Below, one piece after another: positions 36,900-48,919 of a stretch of 64,000 nt of DNA. The stretch comes from Lytechinus pictus (Eukaryota). The notes under the pieces are model-generated. The model was not told the DNA's origin. It did no database searches and saw only the letters and a program-made list of their open reading frames with translations. Positions within the stretch are counted from its first letter, which is position 1; every line of letters starts with the position of its first letter. Where the stretch lies: positions 13,704,001 to 13,768,000 of the forward strand of contig NC_087252.1 of assembly GCF_037042905.1 (NCBI RefSeq), read 5' to 3'. The position numbers and the translations under genes are program-made.

Positions 36900-37570
36900 A
36901 TTCATCTGGTTTCGTAACTCCTTTCATAGTGCTATTGGAACCTGCTCCCTACCAGTATAACATCAAACAGATTGGAAGAATAAAGGCCAATGGGAAGTGC
37001 CTTTTATATTTCTACTTGCCACAAAGCAGTCCATGGTTTAGCGCTATCTAAACTGGACTATTGTAATGCTCTTCGTGCTTGAATTAGGGCGATCTGGACT
37101 GACTGCATATAGTACAGAATGCTGCATCTATTGTGCCATTTGCCATACGCCAACTTCGCTGGCTGCAAGTCAAGGAAAGGATATACATGAACATCAGTGT
37201 CCGTCTCCTGATTTTCAAAGTCATTGACAGAGATCCAGATTACATGTTTTATAAGGAATCCCTTGTGCGTCATTTTCATTCTAGGCGCACTTGCCTTTTT
37301 ATTTTTGTGATCATTACGCACCTACGAATTAGCTACTGGTGATGCAACTTTCTCCACTACTGCTCCAAGGCCGTGGAATTAGCTCCTTCCTCTCCTCCAG
37401 TTGTCAACAACCTTGGATCAATCCAAATACAATTTGAGAAGACCTACCATCCTGATCTTTGCTCTGTACTTACAACAATACTGTCACTGTCTGGTAATTT
37501 GAATTTTTTAAATCTCATGCGCTTTGTATCTCGCAAAATAACGTGTTGTGTAAAAGCGAACATGCATTGA
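36900..37570 (+). mobile_element. Decayed 3' part of an L2-like LINE
   Basis: Frameshifted AVHGLALSKLDYCNAL...VQNAA...WLQVKERI motifs of the L2/CR1-group ORF2 C-terminus. Confidence 0.6.
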
Positions 37571-38815
37571 GGTCAAGTTTAAGGGTAACCATGGATATTG
37601 CCTTTTATTACTTTTTAACAAAACTGAAAAATTCATCCAAATTAGACAAGGGATAATAAAGTAATGTATGACATTCTAACCTCTGCATTATTTTGGTGAA
37701 AGAGCTCTAAGCATATATGCAAGTAGCAAGCTGATGATGTCATACTGACGTACATTGTACATGTACACGTATCCCCAACTTATTATTTTGTATATAAAAT
37801 TGTGCATTTAATTTTGTTTACCAAGAATGAAACAAATCGGATTGTAAACTGTATTGATGTGACTTACCTGTATTGATTATTGCTGGAAGTTCTTTTGCTA
37901 CATGGGATTGGAAGACATACTTATTACACACATGAAGTAAATTATTATTTTATCTGGTAACATGAGAACAATAAAAGTGTGGGCATAATATCATAAACTT
38001 ACATGTATCTACTTGCATGTGTTGATGACCAATATTTTTGTAATTATTTTTTTTTAAATTTTATCTGATTTTGATAAAATTTTCACTATTTTGCATGGTA
38101 AAAATTACTTTATTTTAGATAATGTTGAGCCCGTATCATATACAAGTACAACTTTAAAGATAAATTACCAGTTGTAGTAACAATCTTAAAATGAGTTCGA
38201 ACAGAATCCAATAGAATTACCAGCAAAATATAAAAGACATGTGCCATAATTAATTATAGCTCGGGAAGAAAATGTGTAATTGCTGAGAAATGAGCAAAAT
38301 AAGCATGTAATTCTATCCAATGTCAGGTATTTTTCAAATCAATCATAATACACTGTCCTGTCCCACATGTTCTTTTCTGTGTTAGTGATCATCAAAATAA
38401 TTAATTTTAAGTTCAAAATTAGTGATTTTACAAAAATACAAGCGTACATTAATGTACCAGATCTAGAGATTATGTACAATATTTTGACAATTTCTCATGA
38501 AATAATTGTTTGCTGCAACTGCTGTCTTTTTAATACGTTTAAGTGATAGTGTAATACAACCACAAACTTTTCTTAAGAATGAATGTATATGTATGATTCT
38601 TTCACCCAAATTTACATGCATTGATACTGTTGACTACTTGCCAAAAGTTCCTGCCAAAAGCCTTTTTTAACGATGTACATGCTTTTATAGACGACCTGCC
38701 AAAACATTGTATTGTATTATATTCAAGGTCCAACCAAAAAGAGATGAATAAAATGTTTGAAGGAAATTGAAATTAACTTTAAAAATGATAGAGCTCTGTC
38801 AATGCAGTATTATTA

Positions 38816-39106
38816 CAGGGTTCCCACAGTCATGGAAAATCCTGGAAAAAAATTGGTCATGGAAAGTCAGGGATATGTGAAAAGTCATGGAATTGCATTT
38901 ACCTCTTGGCTATGACAGCTTTCTAGTTTTTTATGTCTCACAACTCTCATACTCTGTGATTGTACTCTACTATTATAATTGGTGTTCATGATCATAACAT
39001 GTCTGATTTTGTAAACTGTGCCAGAAAGGAATTAAGTCATGGAAAGCAGCAATTTAGTCATGGAGAGGTCATGGAATTCTGTTTTCAAATTTCTGTGGGA
39101 ACCATG
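38816..39106. mobile_element. Short hAT-like MITE
   Basis: Ends cagggttcccacag / ctgtgggaaccatg with repeated gtcatggaa subterminal motifs; TSD not clear. Confidence 0.5.
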
Positions 39107-39186
39107 AATAGGTTTGTGCACTTGACACAGTGTGCACTACAGATGAACTTTGTAATGCCATGATATAAACCAGTACAATATCTTAA

Positions 39187-39908
39187 AGGAAAATAAAACC
39201 CAAAATATAATACCACATGATACCATTGATAAATACAGGACAATGAAAATGAATCCACTCATATACCCCCAATCCGATGTCCCAGTATGGAGTACCACCT
39301 TTTCAAAGTTGGCATCTTCTGGTACAAAGTCTATGGATGGGGATTATTCCGTCAGCGACGAACTACATCTCTAAACGTTTGGGCATTATATATTCTATTT
39401 CATCGATAATAAATCAAATGTACAGATAAAACTCATAAAATATTAATTAAAATTTGTTTAATATTATATGATAGGTTCAAATTACGACTTGATGAGTTTT
39501 AATGATAAAAATTACACCCTAATCTACGATTTACAAATTGGCAGCGGAAATTGGGGTGTAAATCTTATCATTAAAACTCATCAAATTGTATTTTGAACCT
39601 ACCATATATTAAACAAATTTTAACTAATATTTTTATGAGTTTTATCTGTACATTTGATTTGTTATTGATAAAATAGAATATATAATGCCTAAACGTTTAG
39701 AGATGTAGTTCGTCGCTGATGTAATAATTTCCTAACTAACCCCGCGAAAATGGCGACCTCCATCCAGAAACTTCGAACCATACTGTAAGAGGCCAACTTT
39801 GAAAAGGTGGTACTCCGTAATTGGATTAGGGTATGAGTGGATTCATGTTGATTGTCCTGTATTTATCAATAATATCATGTGGTATTATGTTTTGGGTGTT
39901 ATTTTCCT
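39187..39908. mobile_element. TTAA-flanked foldback element (Kolobok-like), almost fully palindromic
   Basis: TTAA at 39183-39186 and 39909-39912; AGGAAAATAA / TTATTTTCCT ends; ~340-bp arms are reverse complements around a centre near 39540. Confidence 0.85.
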
Positions 39909-40594
39909 TTAATTCAGATATTACATGCCAGGGTATTGTCCTAGTTTTCATTTTCTCCAAATACATATTATCATCTCTCGTCTATTTCTACTTGCCCTTC
40001 AGCCTTGAAGTAAACTTGGGATAATTATGCATTTTGTTATACGCAATTTTGAGTACAGTGCACTTTGCCGCAGCTACTTATATGATATTACCTATTGTAG
40101 ACACATCCTTATGTTTTGTTCATTTTCTTAAAAACGATTAAGAGTTTAATAATTTTTGTCTTTAAGCATAAAACAAAGAGTAAATCAGTCCATTCTGTAT
40201 GTGTGACCTGCAAAAAAACTACAATGGTCGTTAATTTGGTTTGCTGAAAAGCCAGATAACCTTTGAGGTAACTTTTTAAAGTATTTAGAAGAAATGTATC
40301 TTTTTTAAAAGTATTTATATGCACTGTAACTAATTTCTTTGATAGTTACTATTATGTTACACTGTTTGTACAGTAAAGCAGCTGTTACACAATTTTTGTC
40401 AATAGCAAATCTAAACCAGTATTGTAAATTGATGACTCTATGAGCTAAATACCAGTACTTTCTATATCACTTGTAAAATCATTTGTTATCTGTTCATTGA
40501 AGGTGTTGTATTTTCTTAATCTTATAAAAGTCCATAGGGTCATGAACACATTCTACTGCTACCAAAATCATACCCATGATCTGTGATGTATCTA

Positions 40595-41432
40595 ACCAGT
40601 TACCACACACATTGCAACACACCAGTTGCAACATACATTATCATGCATCAGTTATCACACATCTAGTTACCACACACATTTTGGGTAATGACTCTGATGC
40701 ATGGTATTATGTGTATTATGTACAATATGTGTGGTAACTGGTAAGTGTTTACCACACACCAGTAACCACATGCATTACCACACACCAGTTACGTAACTGG
40801 TGTGTGGTAGTGTATGTGGTAACGTGTGTGGTAAATCGTGTGTAGTAATGCATGTGGTAACCGGTGTGTGGTAAAATGTGACGTAATTTGTGTGGTAAGG
40901 CATGTGGTAAAATATGAGGTAATTTGTGTGGTAAATTATGTGTGGTAACGCGTGTGGTAACCGGTGTGTGGTAAAATGTGAGGTAATTTGTGTGGTAAGG
41001 CGTGTGGTAAAATATGAGGTAATTCGTGTGGTAAATGATGTGTGGTAACGCGTGTGGTAACTGGTGTGTGGTAAAATGTGAGGTAATTTGTGTGGTAAAT
41101 GGTGTGTGGTAATGCATGTCGTAACTGGTGTGTGGTAAATGGTGTGGTAAATGTCGTGTGATAATCTATGTGGTAAATGGTATGTGGTAAAAATTGTTAC
41201 CATAAATTAATCCCTTGTGTGGTAAATGTTACCATATATTAATCCATTCATGTGGTATTCCTGTGGTAATGTTGTGTGGTAAATGTTCCAATTTACCACA
41301 GGACAATACCACACGACATTACCACACATTACCACACAATACCACAGGACATAAAGACATAGCATTACCACACAACAATATATGTGGTAATCGTGTGGTA
41401 CAGTCCTATGGTAATTATATGGTATTACCACA
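40595..41432. repeat. TGTGGTA/TACCACA array (right subterminal array of the CACTA-like element)
   Basis: Dense short-period gtgtggtaa repeats in both orientations ending at the TIR. Confidence 0.9.
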
Positions 41433-42557
41433 GGACATTTTTGTAAGGGAGAGAAGGGTGAAATGTTATTTTCTGAATACTATGCCAAAATCTGTTTAAA
41501 AATTAGATCTTTGTAAGATTTGTTTTGCTATCTCGCAACTTAAAAAATATATTTTGACGATCGATACGCCATATTAGGCCCTCTTAATTTTCATGGCTCA
41601 TTAGTCATTACCCCATTGTGGTTTTATTCAATGTTGTCATTGCCCAGGCACATCCCCACACTTCCAGTCCATATGAAATATGTTTAAATAAAAGAGTAAT
41701 ATAGCATTACGAACACTCGTTTTGGAACGGAATGCCTTTATATACCATATACCGTAACTCATAATTTTGTACGTTCTTCCGAATTACGCTACTTACGTGA
41801 TTGGTATCTTCACTAGCTCCACTTTAAGTATTCAGCAATACTCCGACAAAGTAAAATGATAATAATCTTCACAACATCTACAACATTTACTTTCTCACTC
41901 TTGTGGTCTTATAGGGTTTATGTTTCGAGTGATTTATTTTGAACATTACACAAGTGGCACCCCTCACTAACTGGTTTAATATGATATGGCAAAGCAATAA
42001 ATTATTTTTACCGTGATGAAAAAGAATGATAAATATTTTAATGACTGTGGTAAGCCATTGATACATATGAAAATAATAGGGCCTACCAAAGAACCATTAG
42101 GGACACCACAAAAGATACTGAAAGGCAGGATATGTTACACTGTTTTGTTGAACAAAGGTTTAAATGATGCTCAATGCCTCTGGGACAGACCAAATTTATT
42201 ACATGCATGTAAGTGTGATAAAACACATACATAGTAGCTTTGACAACTCTTTATTTAGAAAGTCCCTTTTTGACTTTCTAATTTACTCCATTGGCTCTCC
42301 TTTATTAGATAAGCAGTTTTCAGCAGCTTCTTTTTGCCAACTCTTTATTTAAACATGTTGTGAAAGAAAGAGATATAGAGATGAATTGTCGGCGAAGATT
42401 TAATCGAAATGAAATGTCGGGCCTAGGCCTATATAATATAACTTCTTATGAAAGCATGAAATGGACAAAAGTTTCAGGATATAATCTTTGTATCTGTCTG
42501 ACATCAAATCACTTTTACCTTCATTTATTTTACATTGTCTGCTTTCAATAAATACAG

Positions 42558-42902
42558 GGGTCAATGGTGATGATCAGGTTCCCGATGGTGTTGTCTATAC
42601 CGAATTGCAAAGAACGGCAGAGATTGGAAAACCACTTGTTCTCACATGCCGGTTCTATGGAATGCCAATCGCGGTTTACTGGAAGAAAGGGGTCGACCCC
42701 ACGACGGCACCAAATCTGATCACGTGGGTGGAAGGAGAATCTGCTTCCGGGTCATGTGTTAATGACAGATCATGCAATATTACAGTCGACTACTCGCTCT
42801 ACATCAGAAGCGTCAAGGTTTCAGATCAAGGCTCATACATATGTAGGGTATCAAACCACTGGGGGGTCTTAATCCATAACTTTACGGAAGTAACCGTATT
42901 TG
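42558..42902 (+). CDS. Receptor exon 2: V-set immunoglobulin domain
   Basis: tacag| and |gtaagt, phase 1-1; LVLTC...VYWKK...SLYIRSVKVSDQGSYICRV has the B-strand Cys, C-strand Trp and DxGxYxC motif. Confidence 0.92.
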
Positions 42903-43152
42903 GTAAGTATTGTTCTTTGCTAAAGTAAATAAATGGACAGATAAATAGATAAGTAAATAAATATATTTATTTACTAATGTATACGAATAATGAAGTACTA
43001 GAGATATGTAAATCTTTGCAGTCTGGAGAAAGTAGTGACTTCGATGAAATCGATCCTTATGTTGTTAAACAATTAATATTTTATATTGTAGATCCTTAAG
43101 TTCTGAATATGTACCTTCCAAATCGAAGATAGCTAAGGTAGTACCTGTATTT

Positions 43153-44876
43153 GAAGAGCTCACTTGCAAAAGGTGTTGTTTTATATTGTATTGTATTATA
43201 TTTTTCATCAAATTTGATTTTTATGTCTCAATGTATAGATTTTTAGTAGCTCTATAAGATGATACCAAAGGAAAGTTGAAATTCCTATTAAAAAGTGACT
43301 AAAATGGCAAAAAAAATATCACTTTTTTATCAAAAGGGGTTAGGTCCATTTCAGTTTAGTTGCAAAAGGAGTTAGGTCCACACATAATTTTTTTGGAAAA
43401 TAATATCTTAAAAAGAAGAAGACAGGTAGATTTTTTATACCCAATTTTATGTTCTCATGGTAGGGTATCATGTAAATTCAGTTTTGCATAAGAATATTGC
43501 AATATGGAAGGATAAAAAAAATGATTTTCTTGGAGTGGACCTGACCCCTTTTGGAATTAAACTATTCTGAAGAACTCATTTGTCAAAAGGGGTTAGGTCA
43601 ATTTTTCATAAATTCTATTGTTTTCTGTCTCTAAACCTTTTTAGTCACTCTGATGATACCAAACAAAATATGAAAACGTGAATGAAAGTGGCAAAGAAAA
43701 ATCACTTTTTAATTAAAAGAGATTAGATTCATTTTAGTTTACTTGCAAAAGGGGTTAGGTTCACAATGATTATTTTTTCTAAAATATATATAAAAAAATT
43801 GAAGACAGGTAGATTTCTTTTATACCCAGTTTTATGTTCACATGATAGGGTAGTACATCATGATGATTTAGTTTTTCATAAGAATATTGCAATAAGTGTT
43901 ACGATATTGCAACAAATAACATTGAAAATTTAGTTTTAAATTTGATTTCCTTTTTTTTTATTACAGGAAATATAACAATCATAAACTAACAATAAATATT
44001 GATCTTACATCTCTTGAAATGTCAGATGTGCAATCCAAAGCTATGATAGTATATCCAAATGAAATCCAAGTTGGTTGGCGAAGATTCCTTAAATTAAAGT
44101 TCACAATGATGGCGATGATTAAATTGATGTTGAAGCACGATGAATTACAAGAGTCACTGTAACGAGTTGAAATGTCCGTGAAGACGATGTTGATGATGAT
44201 TAACAGTCAATTTCAACAATCCATGGGTTGAAAAGCGTTCATTAAAACAGGTTTATGATCTCGATGAGAACTGAGAATTCCTCTCTCAAAGTAACTGCAA
44301 ACACTTCATTGTTGGTGTGCAAATAATTCCACAGAAGATAAACGTTATATTCCAGTTGGAAATAAACTATGCTCTGACATAAATTCTGGCGTGAAACTCT
44401 GAGTTCTGATATGATGTGATGATGTCCTTGAAGAAACTGCCAGCTTATATGCAAATTGTTCACTATTCTGGAAGCTTCTAGCATTGTCAACAAAAAGAAC
44501 ATTCTGCCAATTTCTAGAGCAGTCTAATTTTAGAACATTCTTGAATGACCTCAGTGAAATTAACAATGTAAACAAAATAGCTAATCCTATTGTCTTTTTC
44601 ACTGCAGGCTGGCTTTATTGTCTATCTTGGGACATTCCAGAAATAACAAAGATTATTCAGTACTCATTATAATATGCATGCCTAACATAGCTTTAATGAT
44701 ACATTCTGGAATATTCTTAATCATTATGTGAATATCCTTAAAGAGAAAATAACTAAATAAATGAATGTAATTGCTCTTACAATTCTACTTAAATATAACA
44801 TGAGTGAGAATAAAAATTATGGTTTTTCTCGGAATGGTCCAAAGTGGACCGAATCCCTTTTGCAACTAAACTCTTT
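43153..44876 (-). mobile_element. Sola1-like non-autonomous element, copy A (contains a solo LTR)
   Basis: GAAGAG...CTCTT(T) ends, ATTT duplicated on both flanks, repeated aaaggggttaggtcca motifs; inverted homolog of 58032-58836. Confidence 0.75.
43897..44800 (-). mobile_element. Solo LTR of the Gmr1-like Gypsy family
   Basis: TGTTA...TAACA ends; reverse complement of the LTR at 52324; flanks taag/tgag, and the empty site is visible in Sola-like copy B. Confidence 0.88.
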
Positions 44877-46601
44877 ATTTAGAAAGAATGATTCAAAGTG
44901 TTTTACTAATTATCGCCCTATATCGGTTTTACCTTGTATATCAAAAAATATAAGAGAAACTGGTTTTTAACAGATTATATAATTTTTTAATTAAACACGA
45001 CATTTTATATGAAAGTCAATATGGATTTCGCAAGAATTTTTCACCAGATATGGCAGTTATCGAAAAACAAGACAGAATTATTAGTGAATTAAATAAAGAT
45101 TAAAAGGTTATTGGTATTTTCATGGACTTGTCAAAGGCGTTTGACTCCCTCTCACATGATATCCTGTTGGACAAACTGAATATGGTATTAGAGGTGTACC
45201 TTTTAATTGGTTTAGGTCATATTTATTGAATAGAGAACAATCTACTGTATATAATACAACTAAATCATCTTTTAGAAATGTAAATACGGGTTTGCCCCAA
45301 GGATCCATTCTAGGACCCTTTTTATTTTTTTATTATACATAAATGATATTGTTAAATGTTGCCATGACTCTCATTTTATATTATTTGCAGATGACACACC
45401 GCTTCTTGCCTCTCATGAAAATATTGATATATTAACTGAAATTCTGCATAGAAATCTTGCCCGAATATTATTTATTATTATTATTTATTCGGCAAATAAT
45501 ATTCAAAGATACATTTCAATGTGAACAATACAAAATAAGAAATATCAACCATTGGAACGCCAGGGACAGAAAAAGTTAACTTAATTACTGTGGCATGAAG
45601 CCTTCTGTCCCAATTCCAATGGTTCTTTATGGTTCAAGTGCAATAAACTTTCTTTAAATAAAAGTAAAACGCAGTGTGTGATTTTTAGAAACAGGGGTGT
45701 GCAATATAATTCTTGCGACATTGTTTTAAAGGTAGACGGAACCCGTCTCCAATTCTATGAATTCTAGGTGTCATTTTGAGTAACACACTCTGTTGGGATG
45801 TTCATATTTATTTTATTTGTAATAAAGTTTCTCGTTTTATTGGATTTCTAAATCGACTCAAATATGACTTGCCAAATCACATTTTATTTACTCTTTATAA
45901 CGCTTTCATTTTATCACATTTGACCTATTGTAACTCAATATGGGGAAATGCATATTCTTGCCATCTACACAAACTGTTTTGATTGCAGAAAAAAGCTATA
46001 CGTATTTGTATGGGATCAGATTATAGAGCACCTACTTCGAAACTATTTAAGAACCCTTAAATTACAAGATATTAATAAACTACAGATTGCTTCTTTAATG
46101 CAGCGGTATCATACTGGAACCCTTCCTCCTTAATTAATAAATATGTTTTCTTTCAATTGTAATAGACATAATCACTATACAAGGTCTTCACGAAAATTTC
46201 ACAGATGGAATTACAAGAATGACTTATCCAAATTTTCATGACGTCACACTGGTCCCAAAATATAGAATAGTCTGAATCTTGTACAATTTAATATTAGCTT
46301 TCATAATATTTTTTAAAAGCAATATGAAAATAAACTGATCCAAAGTTACTAAGATCCTCGTCGTACGATGAATTTTCATTATGTTTGCTTTATGTCTTGT
46401 TGTTGATGTTTTTTTAAATTTGTTTTTGTTCTTTTGCTACTTGCCGCATCCATATATTACAATTATTTTAAGAATTTATTTAGTTTGGGTTGTGCGTTTT
46501 AACAAGCCTTGTCCTGGCTTTTTTAGTACACTCCTGTTTCCCATTCATTTATCTTTCGTCTTGTTTTTATTTTGTTTCAATGATTTGGCAATAATACTTT
46601 A

Positions 46602-47047
46602 GGTTACACTTCGTAATTCCGAAGGTTCGTAATTCCGAATGTTCTTTATTCCGAAGGTTCGTAATTCCGAAACACGTAATTTGCCTATACCTCGATGTTA
46701 GTTAATCCGAAAACGTAAAAGGGTTCGTTAATCCTAACATTTGTGGCGTTATTCCGAAGGTTCGTTATTCCGAAGGTTCGATAATCCGAAAACGAAATAA
46801 GGTTCGATGTTCCGAAGGTTCGTTAATCCGAAAACGAAATAAGGTTCGTTGTTCCGAAGGCTCGTTAATCCGAAAACGAAATAAGGTTCGTTAATCATTT
46901 CGTTTTTGGACAAACGAACCTTCGGAATTACGAACCTCATTTCGTTTTCGGACTAACGAACCTTCGGAATTACGAACCTTCGGAAATACGAACCTTCGGA
47001 ATAACGAAGCTTCGGAATAACGAAGCTTCGGAATTACGAATGTATGC
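46602..47047. mobile_element. Mutator-like foldback MITE made of 15-bp repeats
   Basis: Arrays of ttccgaaggttcgta inverted between arms; flanks aatacttta / gatacttta (8 of 9, 9-bp TSD). Confidence 0.7.
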
Positions 47048-47631
47048 GATACTTTATCACTTTCGTCTGTATTTATTTATGTTTCAATAATATGTTTTAA
47101 TTTTTAATGTCTCTTTGTTTGTACATGATCATGATATCAACTTGTATTTTTAATGAATTGAAAATAAATGCTGAATTGAATTGAAATATTATATAATACA
47201 AATGATTCGCAGTTCGTTCTCATTAGGAATGAGTAATTATTATCAACACTTATTTTTATTAGAATAATCAAGTGCTTGTAGTAGACAATAAATATGTGGT
47301 CAATCAAGATGAGTAGAATGTATTGAGAGTTATCAACGGTTACTTAGTCCTTCCTGTTCCTGACTTAATTTTATGTTATGTTGTATGCATGTGTTGTGAC
47401 ACTGTTAATGATATATGCTTCTGCTAGTAATTCCTTTGGCCACACAGATTTTTAGTCATACTAATGATAATATATAAGCAGCAAAAAAATTGACAAGAGG
47501 GAAACGGAGCGATGGGGGTAACACTAAATTCCACTTAGTAAGGATGAAACAATTTTATCTCTGACTTTCCCAAATATTCATTTTTCACCATCTTCATCTA
47601 TATGTTTTTTCTCGGTCCTCTTATTTTGTAG

Positions 47632-48039
47632 CGGCTCCGTCTGAACCGTACCCACTAATTAAGGAATGCCAACCTATCAGCAATGGCCCACAATCCTGCA
47701 GGCTTCCGGCTTTTGACAGTGTCACTATCACCTGCACCGCATCGCATTACTTTCCCGACATTGATCTGTTCTTCCTCCACGAATCTATTACGACGAACGC
47801 AACATACTCGCATATCGGTGAAGAGACAAACGTGGACGGCACTAAAAACAAATCGATTTCCATCGTCGCCAGGCCGAGTGAAAATCCCTACGTGTGTGTG
47901 GCGTCCCGTATCCCTAGATCGCAAGACCGAAGGACAGTTAGTGTAACAGTGTACACTATTGAGTCAACAGTTGCCATGACGACAACCCAAACTAATCAAA
48001 CGATTCCACCTCACCAGAGACATGTAGCAGCCAAAGTTG
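47632..48039 (+). CDS. Receptor exon 3: constant-type Ig domain and Thr-rich stalk
   Basis: ttgtag| and |gtaagt, phase 1-1, open throughout: ...VTITCTASHYFPDIDLFF...ETNVDGTKNKSISI...PYVCVAS...TTTQTNQT. Confidence 0.88.
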
Positions 48040-48835
48040 GTAAGTATTGTCTCTGTGTGACCTGCGTTATTATAGGCCTATCACCTCTTCTAAATTTATG
48101 TTCTTTGTTTTGATGAATATGATACATTGCGTGTACGTTAGGGGGTGTGTGAGGGTGGGTGTGTGTGGGTATGGGTGTGTGTGTTGGGCCTGGGTCAGGT
48201 TTTTTTTTTCTATTTCGATTTGTTTGTATTTAGTAGGTTATTCCCCTTATTTGTAGAAAGTATGATAAGTATAGGAAAATTTCGAAAAGTAACTAGCATT
48301 TACCTACAATAAGAGAGAGAGAGAGAGAGAGAGCAATGAAAAATATAACATAGCTAAAACGAAAGGATATTCGTATAAAGTCAACGCCACTGCACGGTGG
48401 ATTGATTTGATCTTGAAAATACTTTTTAGCGATTATTCTGTAACCTGAAAAGCTTTCGCTGCGATATCTCTTGACTTTGATCCCTAGTAGTATGATTAAA
48501 TCTCGTACATTCTTTGATATCAAATTGCTTGGTTCCTATTTAATACAACATAATAAGTAGGCCTAATACTGACTTCTTTCTCATGTATATGTGCTAAGAA
48601 TTCTAAAGTGAGTGTTAATGTCAAATGGGCCATGTTTGGCCATGTTTGCAATACAGCATTTATTCGGAAATCATTCATGAGTTCAACTGTTAAATTTTTC
48701 CAACTCATACAATGGGTGAAACATAAGCACATTGTCGAAGTTCATGGTGTCTACATATGGCAGTATTACATAATTCACATGAAACCGATTTTCAACATTA
48801 CCTTTGTTTTGTTTCTCTATCTTTGTGTGATATAG

Positions 48836-48919
48836 TTGTACCACTAATTCTGATATTATTAGCGGTTCTTGTTTGCATCTTCATCTGGTGGTATAAGAAG
48901 ACACGGGCATCGAAACACG
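48836..48919 (+). CDS. Receptor exon 4: transmembrane helix
   Basis: atag| and |gtatgt, phase 1-1; VVPLILILLAVLVCIFIWWY followed by basic stop-transfer KKTR. Confidence 0.88.

Larger units (their letters stand above)
29860..41449. mobile_element. ~11.6-kb CACTA/EnSpm-like (CCC-ended) element, apparently non-autonomous
   Basis: TIRs CCCTTACGAAAATGTCGTGTGGTA vs CCCTTACAAAAATGTCCTGTGGTA (22/24); AG on both flanks (2-bp TSD); ~1-kb subterminal TGTGGTA/TACCACA arrays at each end. Confidence 0.72.
42980..47185 (+). mobile_element. 5'-truncated, decayed CR1/L2-group LINE interrupted by later insertions
   Basis: KIAKVVPVF continues as RKND..NYRPISVL across the Sola-like insertion; then QYGFR, DLSKAFD, PQGSILGP and LFADDT reverse-transcriptase motifs; ends aataaa...(ttgaa)n. 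Confidence 0.85.

Noticed and set aside
40749..41499. His/Thr-rich ORFs
   Set aside because: Translations of the TACCACA array.
46602..47047. CRISPR-like or iteron array
   Set aside because: Repeats invert at the centre and are flanked by a 9-bp TSD; it is a foldback MITE.
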